Source: an uncultured Solibacteraceae bacterium (GTDB lineage Bacteria; Acidobacteriota; Terriglobia; Bryobacterales; Bryobacteraceae). Taken from it: a DNA stretch of 64,000 nucleotides. Location: contig CAYWXL010000013.1 of NCBI GenBank assembly GCA_964461995.1, positions 18,039-82,038 on the forward strand, given 5' to 3'. Positions 10,691 through 20,157 of the stretch are shown here, piece by piece; position 1 is the stretch's first letter; each line of letters begins with the position of its first letter. A program made the position numbers and the translations under genes. The notes under the pieces were generated by a model. The model searched no databases. It saw only the letters and a list, made by a program, of their open reading frames with translations, and had not been told where the DNA came from.

Positions 10691-12544
10691 CTATGTCCGG
10701 CATCCTTTGAAGACCACGGCGCCAGGACGCCGGAAGCGCACCTCGGCGGCGCTCACGCGGATCGGGACGGCCAGCTCAGGCGTGACAAAGCGATCTTCTT
10801 CCGACGAGAGTATCGTCTGCCACGCGTAACCGGGAGGGAGATGCCCGCAAGGCCTCGAGTCCAGATCCGCCGTCGCCGGTCCGTCCAGGCAGACGACGAT
10901 CAGCAGTGGCCGGGGGCCGTTCCACCCGTACCGGAGCGCCACGCAGCTTCCGCCGACCGGTTCGACCAAACACGCGGGGCGGGATTTCGCTTGCAGCGCC
11001 GGTTCACGCCGCCGCAGGACCAACAGAGAACGGTAAAGCGCCAGTACGCCACGGTGAGGTTGCTGTTCCCGCTCGCGCCAGCGTAAGCGGCTGGAGGTGA
11101 ATGTGGAGAGGGTCTGCGGGTCGGGGATGGTTCCCGGCAGCGCCGGCCCGAAGCTACGTTTGTGTTCCCGGAACCGCGCCTTTGCCACCTTCCGCCCTAG
11201 CTCGGGGCAGTGGTCGGTGAAATACAGGAACGGCGTCGAGGCAGCCCACTCCTGGCCCATGAAGAGCAGCGGGGTTTGCGGGGCGAGCAGCAGGAGCGTC
11301 GAAGCCGCTCGCCAGGCGGCAAGGCCGCTCGAGACGTGGAAGCGGTCTCCAAAGGGGCGGTTGCCGACCAGATCGTGATTCTGAAGGTAGATGACGAAGC
11401 GCTCGGGCGCGGGGGGAGCGGACTGGGAGAGCGGGCGTCCGGCGCCGCGGGAAACACCTAGCCGCAACGTACGGGCGAGGGCGGCGGGGCCGCCGGCGTG
11501 GCGGGCCAAGGGCCCGTGGCGCTCGCGGGTAAAGCGGCGGCGGAGCCGGTGGTGGAGATCGTTCACCCAGACGCCGTCCAGTCCCCAGCCTCCCTTCTCT
11601 ACCGGACCCAGCAGGATGGCGAAGTCGGGGTGGTCCTCGGCGATGAGGATGGCGCGCCGGCCGGATCGCGCGGCGGACCGGCGCACGGCGGCGGCGAGCT
11701 CCGCCAGGAAATGCCGGGCGCCGGCATCCTGGATGGACCCGGCGGCGTCCAAACGCAGCCCGTCGATATGGAACTCCTCGATCCAGTACAGGGCATTCTC
11801 GATCAGGAAGCGGCGAACGCCGAAGCAGAATTCTTCATCGAGATTCGGACAGGGCCCCCAAGGGGACCAATGACGCCGTGATACATAGTGCTTGGAGATT
11901 CTCTTCATATAGGCGCCGTCCGGACCGAAGTGGTTGTACACGACGTCGAGAAAGACCGCGAGGCCGAGGTGATGGGCCTTGTTGACCAGCCGGCGAAAGT
12001 CGTCGGGAGTCCCGTAGCAGTGTGCCGGCGCGTAGAGCGCCACGCCGTCGTATCCCCAGTTCCGCAACCCGGGGAAATCCGCCACCGGCATCAACTCAAT
12101 TGCCGTGACGCCCAGATCCCGCAGGTAGGGAAGCCGGTCGCGGACACCGTCGAAGGTGCCCTGAGGGGTAAAAGTCCCGACGTGCAGTTCGTAGAAAACC
12201 AGATTCGCCAAGGGAGGGCAGCACCACTTGCGGTCCGACCAGGGGAAGGTCCAACCGCCGGGCCACACCTCAGAAGGGCCATGGACGCCGGCAGGCTGAT
12301 AGCGTGACGCGGGGTCGGGGAAGGGTCCCCGACCGTCTACCAGGTAACGGTACCGGTCCCCGGCCCGGACGCCGGGGAGGACTGCCGCGTGGAACCCGCC
12401 AGCCTCGCGCTGGAGGGTAAACAAGCCCCGCCCTTCTATTTGGACCGCGACTTCACCGGCATCGGGGGCCCAAAGACGGAACTCGACACCTTCCGGAAGC
12501 AAAGTAGCTCCGAATCTCAGGCGCCCATCGGCCGACTCGTTCAT
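10691..12544 (-). CDS. treZ: Malto-oligosyltrehalose trehalohydrolase (GH13)
   Basis: 617 aa. N-terminal FGA.L...GV.FRLWAP CBM48-like start. GH13 regions present (DVVYNHFGPDG, GLRLDAAGS, IAEDH, YLQNHD). Confidence 0.8.
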   Translation of the reverse strand: MNESADGRLRFGATLLPEGVEFRLWAPDAGEVAVQIEGRGLFTLQREAGGFHAAVLPGVRAGDRYRYLVDGRGPFPDPASRYQPAGVHGPSEVWPGGWTFPWSDRKWCCPPLANLVFYELHVGTFTPQGTFDGVRDRLPYLRDLGVTAIELMPVADFPGLRNWGYDGVALYAPAHCYGTPDDFRRLVNKAHHLGLAVFLDVVYNHFGPDGAYMKRISKHYVSRRHWSPWGPCPNLDEEFCFGVRRFLIENALYWIEEFHIDGLRLDAAGSIQDAGARHFLAELAAAVRRSAARSGRRAILIAEDHPDFAILLGPVEKGGWGLDGVWVNDLHHRLRRRFTRERHGPLARHAGGPAALARTLRLGVSRGAGRPLSQSAPPAPERFVIYLQNHDLVGNRPFGDRFHVSSGLAAWRAASTLLLLAPQTPLLFMGQEWAASTPFLYFTDHCPELGRKVAKARFREHKRSFGPALPGTIPDPQTLSTFTSSRLRWREREQQPHRGVLALYRSLLVLRRREPALQAKSRPACLVEPVGGSCVALRYGWNGPRPLLIVVCLDGPATADLDSRPCGHLPPGYAWQTILSSEEDRFVTPELAVPIRVSAAEVRFRRPGAVVFKGCRT

Positions 12545-12644
12545 GGCGCTGACAAGCTGGCCGCCGCATTGCGGCTAGGCAAGCTCCTAGTGTACTTCGC
12601 AGCGCGCGGCTTGATTCCCTGCACGCCGGTGCTAGACTGCGATT

Positions 12645-14054
12645 ATGCGTGGTCCTGGACCCTTGCGAATCGTGACCTGCGCCCTGTTGGCGGGGCTCTG
12701 GCTGGCCTCCTGCGGGCCGGAAACCGATCCCCGGCTCGAGCGCGCCTGGCGCGCCCCGGAGCAGAACGGCTGGATCTTCGTCCATCTGGAAGGAAGCCCC
12801 GAAGAGATCGGGTACCAGCACGGCTACCTGCTGGCGCCGGAGATCGAAGACGCTTTCGCCGTGATCCGCCTCAGCCTCACCCACGAGGGTGACAAGGACT
12901 GGGAGTTTTACCGCAAAGCGGCCCGGGAAATCCACTGGCCACATGTGGACGCCGAATACCAACAGGAACTCAAAGGCATCGCGGAGGGGCTCCAAGCCAA
13001 CGGCGTCCAGATGGATCTGTGGGACGTGGCGGCGATGAACGCGTGGCTGGAGTGGGACTACTACGTGAAGTACTACAACAAGCTGCACGGCATCGAGACG
13101 CCCGAATCGAAGGGCGCGCCCGAGTCTTGCAGCGCCTTCGTGGCCACCGGCAGCTACACCACGGACGGCCGCATCGTGATGGCCCACAACGCCTGGACGG
13201 GTTATATGGACGGCGAGCGCTGGACCATCATCTTCGACATCGTCCCCGAAAAGGGCCACCGCATCTTGATGGACGGCTTCCCCGGGCTGATCCACTCGGC
13301 CGACGACTTCGGCATCAACGCCGCCGGCATCATGATCACCGAGACGACGATCTCGAAGTTCGAGGGCTATGATCCGGACGGCGTGCCGGAGTTCGTCCGG
13401 GCGCGGAAGGCGATGCAGTACTCCTCGTCGATCGACGACTACGTCCGCATCATGAAAGAGGGCAACAACGGCGGCTACGCGAACAACTGGCTGGTGGGGG
13501 ACCGCAAGACGGGCGAGATCGCCAGCCTGGAGCTGGGCCTGAAGAACGTCACCCTGCGGCGGACCAAAGACGGCTACTTCGTGGGATCCAACTTCCCGGT
13601 GAGCGAGAAGCTGGCCCGGGAAGAGACGACCTTCGACCTGGCCGACCCGAGCCTGAGCCCGAACGCGCGGCACATCCGGTGGGAGCAACTGATGGCCGAG
13701 TACAAAGGGCGGATTGACGTCGAAGCGGCGAAGCAGTTCCTGGCCGATCACTTCGACACCTATCAGAAGAAAGAAGAGCCGAACGAGCGCACCTTGTGCG
13801 GGCACGTGGACCTCTCGCCCCGGGGCGTGCCCCCTTGGCAGCCGCCCTTCGGGCCGGCGGGCGCGGTGCAGAACAAGGTGACCGATTCCACTCTGGCCGA
13901 ACAGATGTCGCTCTGGGCGGCGGCGGGGCATGCCTGCGGGATCCGTTTCGACGCGGAGAAGCATCTGGCCGAGCACCCGGAGTTCTCCTGGCAGAAAGGC
14001 TACCTGCGCGACCTGCCGTCCCGGCCGTGGACGCGGTTCGAGATCCGGCGGTGA
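12645..14054 (+). CDS. Lipoprotein, C45-peptidase / phospholipase-B-like Ntn-hydrolase family
   Basis: Lipobox LWLASCG. The ESCSAFVATGSYT segment resembles the autoprocessing Cys-nucleophile site of C45/PLB-like Ntn hydrolases, and NNGGYANNWLVGD lies downstream. Confidence 0.55.
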   Translation: MRGPGPLRIVTCALLAGLWLASCGPETDPRLERAWRAPEQNGWIFVHLEGSPEEIGYQHGYLLAPEIEDAFAVIRLSLTHEGDKDWEFYRKAAREIHWPHVDAEYQQELKGIAEGLQANGVQMDLWDVAAMNAWLEWDYYVKYYNKLHGIETPESKGAPESCSAFVATGSYTTDGRIVMAHNAWTGYMDGERWTIIFDIVPEKGHRILMDGFPGLIHSADDFGINAAGIMITETTISKFEGYDPDGVPEFVRARKAMQYSSSIDDYVRIMKEGNNGGYANNWLVGDRKTGEIASLELGLKNVTLRRTKDGYFVGSNFPVSEKLAREETTFDLADPSLSPNARHIRWEQLMAEYKGRIDVEAAKQFLADHFDTYQKKEEPNERTLCGHVDLSPRGVPPWQPPFGPAGAVQNKVTDSTLAEQMSLWAAAGHACGIRFDAEKHLAEHPEFSWQKGYLRDLPSRPWTRFEIRR

Positions 14055-14138
14055 ACCCGCACGGAAGCTACATTAGGCGGCGGGTGGCATGCTGGCCGGG
14101 CGATGGGGGGCATCCGGCTGGGAGGCTGCTGAGGCCGC

Positions 14139-16034
14139 TTATTCCGGCACGTCAGCCAGGAAGTAGGTCGCAGGGCCGAGGTAGCGGCCGCGGGCGGTGA
14201 TCTCGACTGGGATCACGTAGCGCTCGCCCGGGCGAGCCTCCCGCAGGCGGAACGCCAACCGGCGGCGTCCTTTAGACTGAGCCGCAACGGTGAATTCTCC
14301 GCTCGACGGGCTGACGACGGCGGGCGCGTCCTGCTTCACCCGGTACTCGATCCGCAGCGGCTCGTCAAAAGGATTTTCCACGCGAAGCTCGACGGCGCCT
14401 TCGGCGCCCCGCGTAATCAGCGGGTAGGTGGCGAAGACGTGGGGGTTGAAGTCATAGCGGTGGCTGCCGCTCGGCGAGAGCGCGTCCAAGGCCCTCGCCG
14501 CTCGTTCGGCCCAGCGGACGCGGAGCCGCCATTCACGGTCGCTGTACCAGAAAGGCTTGGCGTGCTCGGCGAGAATCCAGTCGGGCCGGATGTCGATCAT
14601 CAGCCGGGCCGAGCGCGCGTGGTATTCGGGAAAGCCGCGGTTCAGGCCGCTCCAGCCGCCGGTGCCGTCGGCAATGTCCCAGTGGCCGACCGGATAGAAG
14701 CTGTCTCCGGAAAAGACGGCGCGATGGCCGTCGATCGTGGTCTCGAGAAAGGCGTGAAACCACGTCTGGCCGGGAGCGAAATGGGCGCGGAAGCGGTAGC
14801 CGCGCCATTCGAATTCCTCGCCGTCCTCGAGGACGCGGTCCGGCTTCACGCCGTCGAACGCGGAGTAGGGGTGCAGGTAGGCCCAGGGCTTCTCAAGCAG
14901 ATCCGCCAGGGGACGGACGGTGAGAATCTTCACGCCGTAGCGCTGGCGGATCTCGGGCAGGCGGAGAGTATGGTCCGAGTGCAGGTGGGTGATCCAGAGA
15001 AACTCGACCCGGCAGTTGCCGAGCCTCTCGAGGATGGGCTTCCAGTCTTCGGGCGCGAGGTTATTGTCCACGGCGAAACAGGAGCCGTCGCCGGAAAGCA
15101 AGAAATAGTTGTTGCCGGCCACCCAGAGGCTCCGGCTAAGGCGCTCGAGGCGGATTCTCTTGCCGCTGGCCAAGCTAACGTCCTGGACTTCGAGGCGGGA
15201 AAGAACTCTCGTCTCCCTGATGGGCGGACGGCTGCTCATGGCGAACAGCTCGAAGTTCTTTAGCTTTGCGGCGCGCCAGACGCGGTCCGCGGTGAGCATC
15301 AACTTCTCGCCCACGTTGCCGCTCATCGGCTCCCCGTGGGCCGGCAGCAGGAGCGCCGGGCCCTCGTCCCGCATACGAAGCAAGGAGCGGAACTCGGCCT
15401 CGTAGCCTCGGCCCCGCCAGTGGTCCCAGTCGAGCTGGAAGCCTTGCCAAACCTTGCCGGGCGCGTAAACCAGATCCCCGGTGAAGGCCATCCGCCGCCC
15501 GCCGAGATCCGTCAGGTAGCCGACCTGATCCGGCGTGTGACCGGGGATGGCAAGGACGCGCAAATCGCCGACGGGCGTCTCGATGACAGATCCCGGCTCC
15601 ACGTCCACAAGCGGGTAGTCGGTCGGAGCCGTGACCATCGAATACGAAAAGCGGCTGTGCGGAACGGGAAAGAACTCCCTCCAGTAACGCAGGATGGTGG
15701 CCGCCGTATACCCGCCGGTCCGTGCGTCGGTGGCCGGGGCGTGGATCGGGATACGGCGCTCCTCCGCCTTAGCAAAGCCAAACCACTGATCCCGGTCCCG
15801 GTGGGTGAGGTACACCGCGTGGACGCGTGAGACGCCGATGCCCGGCAACGCGTCGAGGACGGCCCCGCTGCCTAGGTCAATCAACACAGCAGTCTCGCCT
15901 TTCCGGATCACGTAGACATTCGTCGAATCGCGCCACCGGAGCAAGTTCTGCTGGATCGTTTCGAATTCGGCGGATGGGCCCCGGACGGCCAGTCCAAGCA
16001 GCAAAAGCGCGGCCAGCGGAAAGCGCGAATTCAT
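14139..16034 (-). CDS. Secreted protein with two metallo-beta-lactamase-fold domains
   Basis: Signal peptide (LAALLLLGLAVRGPSAE). Domain 1 has VLIDLGSG...YLTHRDRDQ...GHTPDQVGY...TGDLVY...AHG. Domain 2 has the canonical ITHLHSDH. Confidence 0.7.
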   Translation of the reverse strand: MNSRFPLAALLLLGLAVRGPSAEFETIQQNLLRWRDSTNVYVIRKGETAVLIDLGSGAVLDALPGIGVSRVHAVYLTHRDRDQWFGFAKAEERRIPIHAPATDARTGGYTAATILRYWREFFPVPHSRFSYSMVTAPTDYPLVDVEPGSVIETPVGDLRVLAIPGHTPDQVGYLTDLGGRRMAFTGDLVYAPGKVWQGFQLDWDHWRGRGYEAEFRSLLRMRDEGPALLLPAHGEPMSGNVGEKLMLTADRVWRAAKLKNFELFAMSSRPPIRETRVLSRLEVQDVSLASGKRIRLERLSRSLWVAGNNYFLLSGDGSCFAVDNNLAPEDWKPILERLGNCRVEFLWITHLHSDHTLRLPEIRQRYGVKILTVRPLADLLEKPWAYLHPYSAFDGVKPDRVLEDGEEFEWRGYRFRAHFAPGQTWFHAFLETTIDGHRAVFSGDSFYPVGHWDIADGTGGWSGLNRGFPEYHARSARLMIDIRPDWILAEHAKPFWYSDREWRLRVRWAERAARALDALSPSGSHRYDFNPHVFATYPLITRGAEGAVELRVENPFDEPLRIEYRVKQDAPAVVSPSSGEFTVAAQSKGRRRLAFRLREARPGERYVIPVEITARGRYLGPATYFLADVPE

Positions 16035-16238
16035 GGGGAGACTCGTGAGGATTTTACCACCGCGTCTCGGTCGAAACCTGGACCAGCGGATGAGGTGCGG
16101 GCGCCGCAGCGCACTGGCCCCTGGTTTGCTAGTCTAAGAGCGATAGTGAGCGGGAAACCTCTGAATCGCTGTGCCAACCGGCAGCGAAGAAGTGTACTTG
16201 TTGCAGGGTACTGTAAATATTGCAGGTGAAGCGGCTTT

Positions 16239-16796
16239 ATGTGGAAGCGACGCAAAGAAGAAACACCAACAGAGACATTGAGAGAGCCGGCCACGCGCCC
16301 GAGCCAACCTTTCGACACGCCCCAGGCGGCTCCGCCGTCTGCCCCGCCAGCGCCTCGAGTGACGCGTACCGAAGCCACGATCGGCAAGAGCGTGCGCATC
16401 AAGGGGAACCTCTACGCCGAGGAAGACCTCTATCTGGACGGGCAGATTGAGGGAACGTTGGATCTCCCCAAGCACCGGCTGACGATCGGTAAGAGCGGCA
16501 AGGTGCAGGCGACGATCAAAGCCCGGGAAGTGGACGTGCACGGCACGGTGAACGGCGACATCGAGGCGAGTGCGAAAATCACGATTCGCAGCGCGGCCAA
16601 CCTGGTGGGGAACCTGAAGAGCGCCACGATCTCGATCGAGGACGGAGCTTACTTTAAAGGCAGTATCGATATCGTAAGGACAGCCCCAACGAAGTCTGCG
16701 GCTTCGAAACCGGCCCCCCAACCGACGGCGGAAAGCCGGCAGCCGACGGCGAAACCGGCCGGCAACCAACCCGCGCGCGCCGCGGGCAAGCCGTAG
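16239..16796 (+). CDS. Bactofilin family cytoskeletal protein
   Basis: Central beta-helical repeat region (IGKSVRIKGNLYAEEDLYLDGQIEGTL...KVQATIKAREVDVHGTVNGDIEA...LVGNLKSATISIEDGAYFKGSIDI) flanked by Pro/Ala-rich tails. Confidence 0.8.
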   Translation: MWKRRKEETPTETLREPATRPSQPFDTPQAAPPSAPPAPRVTRTEATIGKSVRIKGNLYAEEDLYLDGQIEGTLDLPKHRLTIGKSGKVQATIKAREVDVHGTVNGDIEASAKITIRSAANLVGNLKSATISIEDGAYFKGSIDIVRTAPTKSAASKPAPQPTAESRQPTAKPAGNQPARAAGKP

Positions 16797-16816
16797 CCGG
16801 CAGCTCGAAACTTACC

Positions 16817-17368
16817 CTAAGGCTGTCCAGATACAGCCTGCTGGAGCGCGGCGACGATCTTCGCGGCGGCCTTGTTGAGTTGCTTGCTCGAGTAATTCTT
16901 CGGAGGCAGATAGGTGGACCAGACGACGTGCCGCGTTCGGAGATCCACCAGGAAAACGTTGCCTTTCCCCCGCCGGAACGATGAGACGATGGGCCGCTTG
17001 GCCTCGCGGGTCTGCTTTGCTTCGGCAGCGGCGGCTTCGGCTTCCGCATCTCGCTCGGCGCTTTCTTTGTCCGCCGAGTCGGCCTTGGCTGGTTCAGGCT
17101 CGGGTTCAGGCGGGTACAACTCTTCAAGCTGCATCTCGAAAGCGGGACCGATCTGATCGGTGAAAATGGCGTCCGCTTTGCCCGGATCCGTGACCACTTG
17201 GAAGACGCCGTTCACGGTAAGCTGGTTGGCGAGGTACTGGTCCAGCCCGCTGGCCATGGGCAAGAGATACACGGTCTGTATCCCGGCAAGTTCCGGCTGG
17301 TTCGCCGCCGGGGCGGGGGAAACACACAGAAGGGCAAGGACTGCCGGCGCTAGTCTCATGCTAATCAT
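16817..17368 (-). CDS. Hypothetical secreted protein with internal acidic low-complexity linker
   Basis: Signal peptide (LAPAVLALLCVSPAPAANQ). Contains a PPEPEPEPAKADSADKESAERDAEAEAAAAEAK insert. No domain recognised. Confidence 0.5.
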   Translation of the reverse strand: MISMRLAPAVLALLCVSPAPAANQPELAGIQTVYLLPMASGLDQYLANQLTVNGVFQVVTDPGKADAIFTDQIGPAFEMQLEELYPPEPEPEPAKADSADKESAERDAEAEAAAAEAKQTREAKRPIVSSFRRGKGNVFLVDLRTRHVVWSTYLPPKNYSSKQLNKAAAKIVAALQQAVSGQP

Positions 17369-17451
17369 AGTACTCTCGGCGGGCGCTCGCGGCGCCCGAT
17401 CTCATTAGAAAGACTCCCGGCGGCCCGAAAAAGTCGGCATACAATATCGCC

Positions 17452-18168
17452 TTGTACAAGAACCACCGCATCACGGTGATTATCCCTTGCCTCAACGAGG
17501 AGCAGGGCATCGAGCAGGTGTTGCGGCGCATGCCCGCCTTCGTGGACGAGGTGATCGTCGTGGACAACGGTTCCACGGACCGTACGTCCGAGGTGGCGGC
17601 ATGTTTCGGAGCCAAGGTGATCCGCGAGGAAGTCCGGGGCTACGGCCGGGCCTACAAGCGGGGGTTCGCCCAAGCAACCGGCGACATCATCGTAACCCTC
17701 GACGGGGACCATTCCTATCCGCCGGACGCCATCTCCTATTTGCTCGAGGCCTTCCTACACCTCGAAGTGGATTTCCTGAACGCCTCGCGGTTCCCGGTCC
17801 GCGACCCCAAGGCGATGAGCCTGAAACACAAGCTGGGGAACCTTATCCTGTCTCTGACGATGTCGCTGCTGTATCTGACGTGGGTGCGCGACTCACAGTC
17901 CGGCATGTGGGTGTTGCGCCGGAACATCTTGCCGGAGCTGGAATTGATCTCCGACGGCATGGCCTTCAGCGAGGAGATCAAGATAGAGGCGATCCGGCAC
18001 CCCCGCGTCCGCTTCGCGGAGATCTCGATTCAATACTCGAGCCGGCTGGGTGAGATCAAGCTGAACCCGTGGAAGGACGGGTTCTACAACCTCTGGTTCC
18101 TGGTCCGGAAGCGCCTCCGGCGGCGGCGCCGGACCGCCGGCGCCTTGGCCGAAGCCGCTAAGTCGTGA
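17452..18168 (+). CDS. Glycosyltransferase family 2
   Basis: TTG start. ITVIIPCLNEE, VVDNGSTD and the TLDGDHSYPPD (DxD) motifs are typical of DPM1/GtrB-like GT2 enzymes. Confidence 0.8.
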   Translation: MYKNHRITVIIPCLNEEQGIEQVLRRMPAFVDEVIVVDNGSTDRTSEVAACFGAKVIREEVRGYGRAYKRGFAQATGDIIVTLDGDHSYPPDAISYLLEAFLHLEVDFLNASRFPVRDPKAMSLKHKLGNLILSLTMSLLYLTWVRDSQSGMWVLRRNILPELELISDGMAFSEEIKIEAIRHPRVRFAEISIQYSSRLGEIKLNPWKDGFYNLWFLVRKRLRRRRRTAGALAEAAKS

Positions 18169-18204
18169 TATATTCAGGTGTTACCCGCCTGCGTTCCCCT
18201 CCCT

Positions 18205-19176
18205 ATGACTGAGGTCACCGCGGTGATACCGAGTTATGACCGGCGTTGCCTGCTGGAAACACTGCTCGATGGCCTCGGACGGCAGACGCGTCCCTTCGAC
18301 CATGTGCTGGTAGTGGACAACGGTTCCCAAGACGGATCGGCCCAGGCGGCGCGCGCCCGGGGCGCGGAAGTTCTCGAACTGCCGGTGAACGTCGGTTTCG
18401 CCGCAGCAGTGAACCGGGGCATCGAACGCGCGGATACCCCTTACGTCGCGGTGCTGAATAACGACGTGGAACTCGATCCCCGGTGGCTGGAGACGCTGCT
18501 GGAGGCGCTTGCCCGGGACGGCGGCTGGTTCGCCGTGGGCAAGCTGTTGCGGCACGGCGAGCGAGACGTCATCGACGGCACCTTCGACGCCGTCTCGCGG
18601 TCGGGCTGCGCCTGGCGGTGCGGCGAAGGCAGGCCGGACGGTCCGGTATGGAACGAACCGCGGGAGATCTCCGTGGCGCCGCTTACTGCAGCCCTGTTCC
18701 GCCGTGAACTCTTCGACCGGGTGGGCCCTCTCGATGAACGCTTCGAGTCCTACCTGGAGGACGTGGACTTCGGCATCCGGTGCGCCGCCGCGGGTCTGAG
18801 CGGCCGATACGTGCCCGGGGCGGTGGCCTGGCATCGAGGCAGCGCGACTTTCGGCGCTTGGGGGCGGGAGAAGGTGCGGCGGATTGCCAGAAACCAGGTC
18901 TGGATCGCCGCCAAGCACTTCCCGCGCCGCTGGGGGCGGTTCGCTTGGCCGGCGTTGGTGGGACAACTGCTATGGGGCGCTGTGGCGCTTCGACACGGGG
19001 CCGGGCTGGCCTATTGCCGGGGAAAGCTCGAGGGCCTCTGGGGCTGGCAGGCCATGCGCCGGACGATGCAGCCGGCTCCGCCGGGCTTCTTCGAAAATGG
19101 CGAGCGGCTCATCCGGGAGGTGCAGGAGGCCGCCGGCTTCGATTGGTATTGGAAATGCTACTTCGCTCTGACGTGA
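18205..19176 (+). CDS. Glycosyltransferase family 2 (rhamnosyltransferase-like)
   Basis: MTEVTAVIPSYDR..., VVDNGSQDGS, NVGFAAAVNRG, NNDVELDP and YLEDVDFGIRC are present. An alternative GTG start lies at 18178. Confidence 0.75.
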   Translation: MTEVTAVIPSYDRRCLLETLLDGLGRQTRPFDHVLVVDNGSQDGSAQAARARGAEVLELPVNVGFAAAVNRGIERADTPYVAVLNNDVELDPRWLETLLEALARDGGWFAVGKLLRHGERDVIDGTFDAVSRSGCAWRCGEGRPDGPVWNEPREISVAPLTAALFRRELFDRVGPLDERFESYLEDVDFGIRCAAAGLSGRYVPGAVAWHRGSATFGAWGREKVRRIARNQVWIAAKHFPRRWGRFAWPALVGQLLWGAVALRHGAGLAYCRGKLEGLWGWQAMRRTMQPAPPGFFENGERLIREVQEAAGFDWYWKCYFALT

Positions 19177-20135
19177 GGCGGCCCGGAATCATCGTCGTTA
19201 CGCACAACTCCGCCGATGTGGTGGGAGCGTGCATTGAAGCAGCATTGCGCGCAGGGGGCGATGTCCTGGTGATCGACAACCACTCGGCGGACGAGACCGT
19301 CAGCGAGGTCAGGAAACACCGCGGCGCGGCTTTGATCGTGAACCCTTCGAATCGGGGATTCGCCGCGGCGGTCAACCAGGGGGTACGCGCCCTCGAAAAC
19401 GAGCTCCTGTTGCTGCTGAATCCTGACGTGGTTTTGCAGACCGGCCTCGACCCGATGACGGCAGCGCTCGCCGAACCAGGCGTCGGCGCGGCGGCCGGTA
19501 AATTGGCCGGGATCGACGGCACTCCTCAGAAGGGCTTCACCGTGCGCCGGTTTCCGACGCCGACGACGCTGGTGTTCGAGACGCTGGGCCTCAACCGGGC
19601 CTGGCCCGGAAACCCAGTGAACCGGCGTTACCGCTGCTTGGACCTGGATCTCGATCGCCCAGGAGACGTGGAGCAGCCCGCTGGGGCGTTTCTCATGTTC
19701 CGACGCGAGGCGTGGAGGCGGGTGGACGGTTTCGACGAGCACTTCCACCCGGTGTGGTTCGAGGACGTCGATTTCCTGTTCCGGCTGCGCCAAGCCGGCT
19801 ATCGCGTGCGTTACGTGCCCGAGGCGTGGGCGGCGCACCAAGGCGCGCACTCGATCCGGAAGCTGCCCCCCCACTGCCGCCGAAGTTACTGGTATGGTAG
19901 CCTGCTAAGGTACGCGGCGAAACATTATTCGCCCGGTGGACGAGCGTGCGTCGCCTTCGCCGTCCTGCTCGGCGCCGCGCTGAGAATGCCCGCGAGTGCG
20001 GTGCGAAGCCGGAACATGGAATCGCCCGCGGCCTACAGGCAAATCATGCGGCAGGCAGCTTCCTTCCTGGTGAGGGGCCTTCGGGAAAAAGCAGCGCCGG
20101 CCGCCTCGGAAAAAACAAGTTGTTCCATCGTCTAG
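19155..20135 (+). CDS. Glycosyltransferase family 2
   Basis: IIVVTHNSADVV, VIDNHSADET, NRGFAAAVNQG, NPDVVL and WFEDVDFLFR are present. The true start is the ATG at 19155 or the GTG at 19173 (GTGA overlap with the upstream stop). The track start at 18780 is an extension lying inside the previous gene. Confidence 0.75.
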   Translation: MLLRSDVRRPGIIVVTHNSADVVGACIEAALRAGGDVLVIDNHSADETVSEVRKHRGAALIVNPSNRGFAAAVNQGVRALENELLLLLNPDVVLQTGLDPMTAALAEPGVGAAAGKLAGIDGTPQKGFTVRRFPTPTTLVFETLGLNRAWPGNPVNRRYRCLDLDLDRPGDVEQPAGAFLMFRREAWRRVDGFDEHFHPVWFEDVDFLFRLRQAGYRVRYVPEAWAAHQGAHSIRKLPPHCRRSYWYGSLLRYAAKHYSPGGRACVAFAVLLGAALRMPASAVRSRNMESPAAYRQIMRQAASFLVRGLREKAAPAASEKTSCSIV

Positions 20136-20157
20136 AGGACGCAGACCGGTAGAGTTC

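Noticed and set aside
12453-13976. 507-aa minus-strand ORF overlapping the C45-like gene and the treZ 5' end
   Set aside because: It overlaps two well-supported genes and has low-complexity R/P/G/V composition.
18780-19154. N-terminal 125-aa extension of the third GT2 ORF, and the similar extension at 20796-21206 for the GT4 gene
   Set aside because: The extensions lie entirely inside the preceding genes in another frame and are Arg/Gly/Ala-rich. Canonical GT N-termini begin at the internal starts, which abut the upstream stops.
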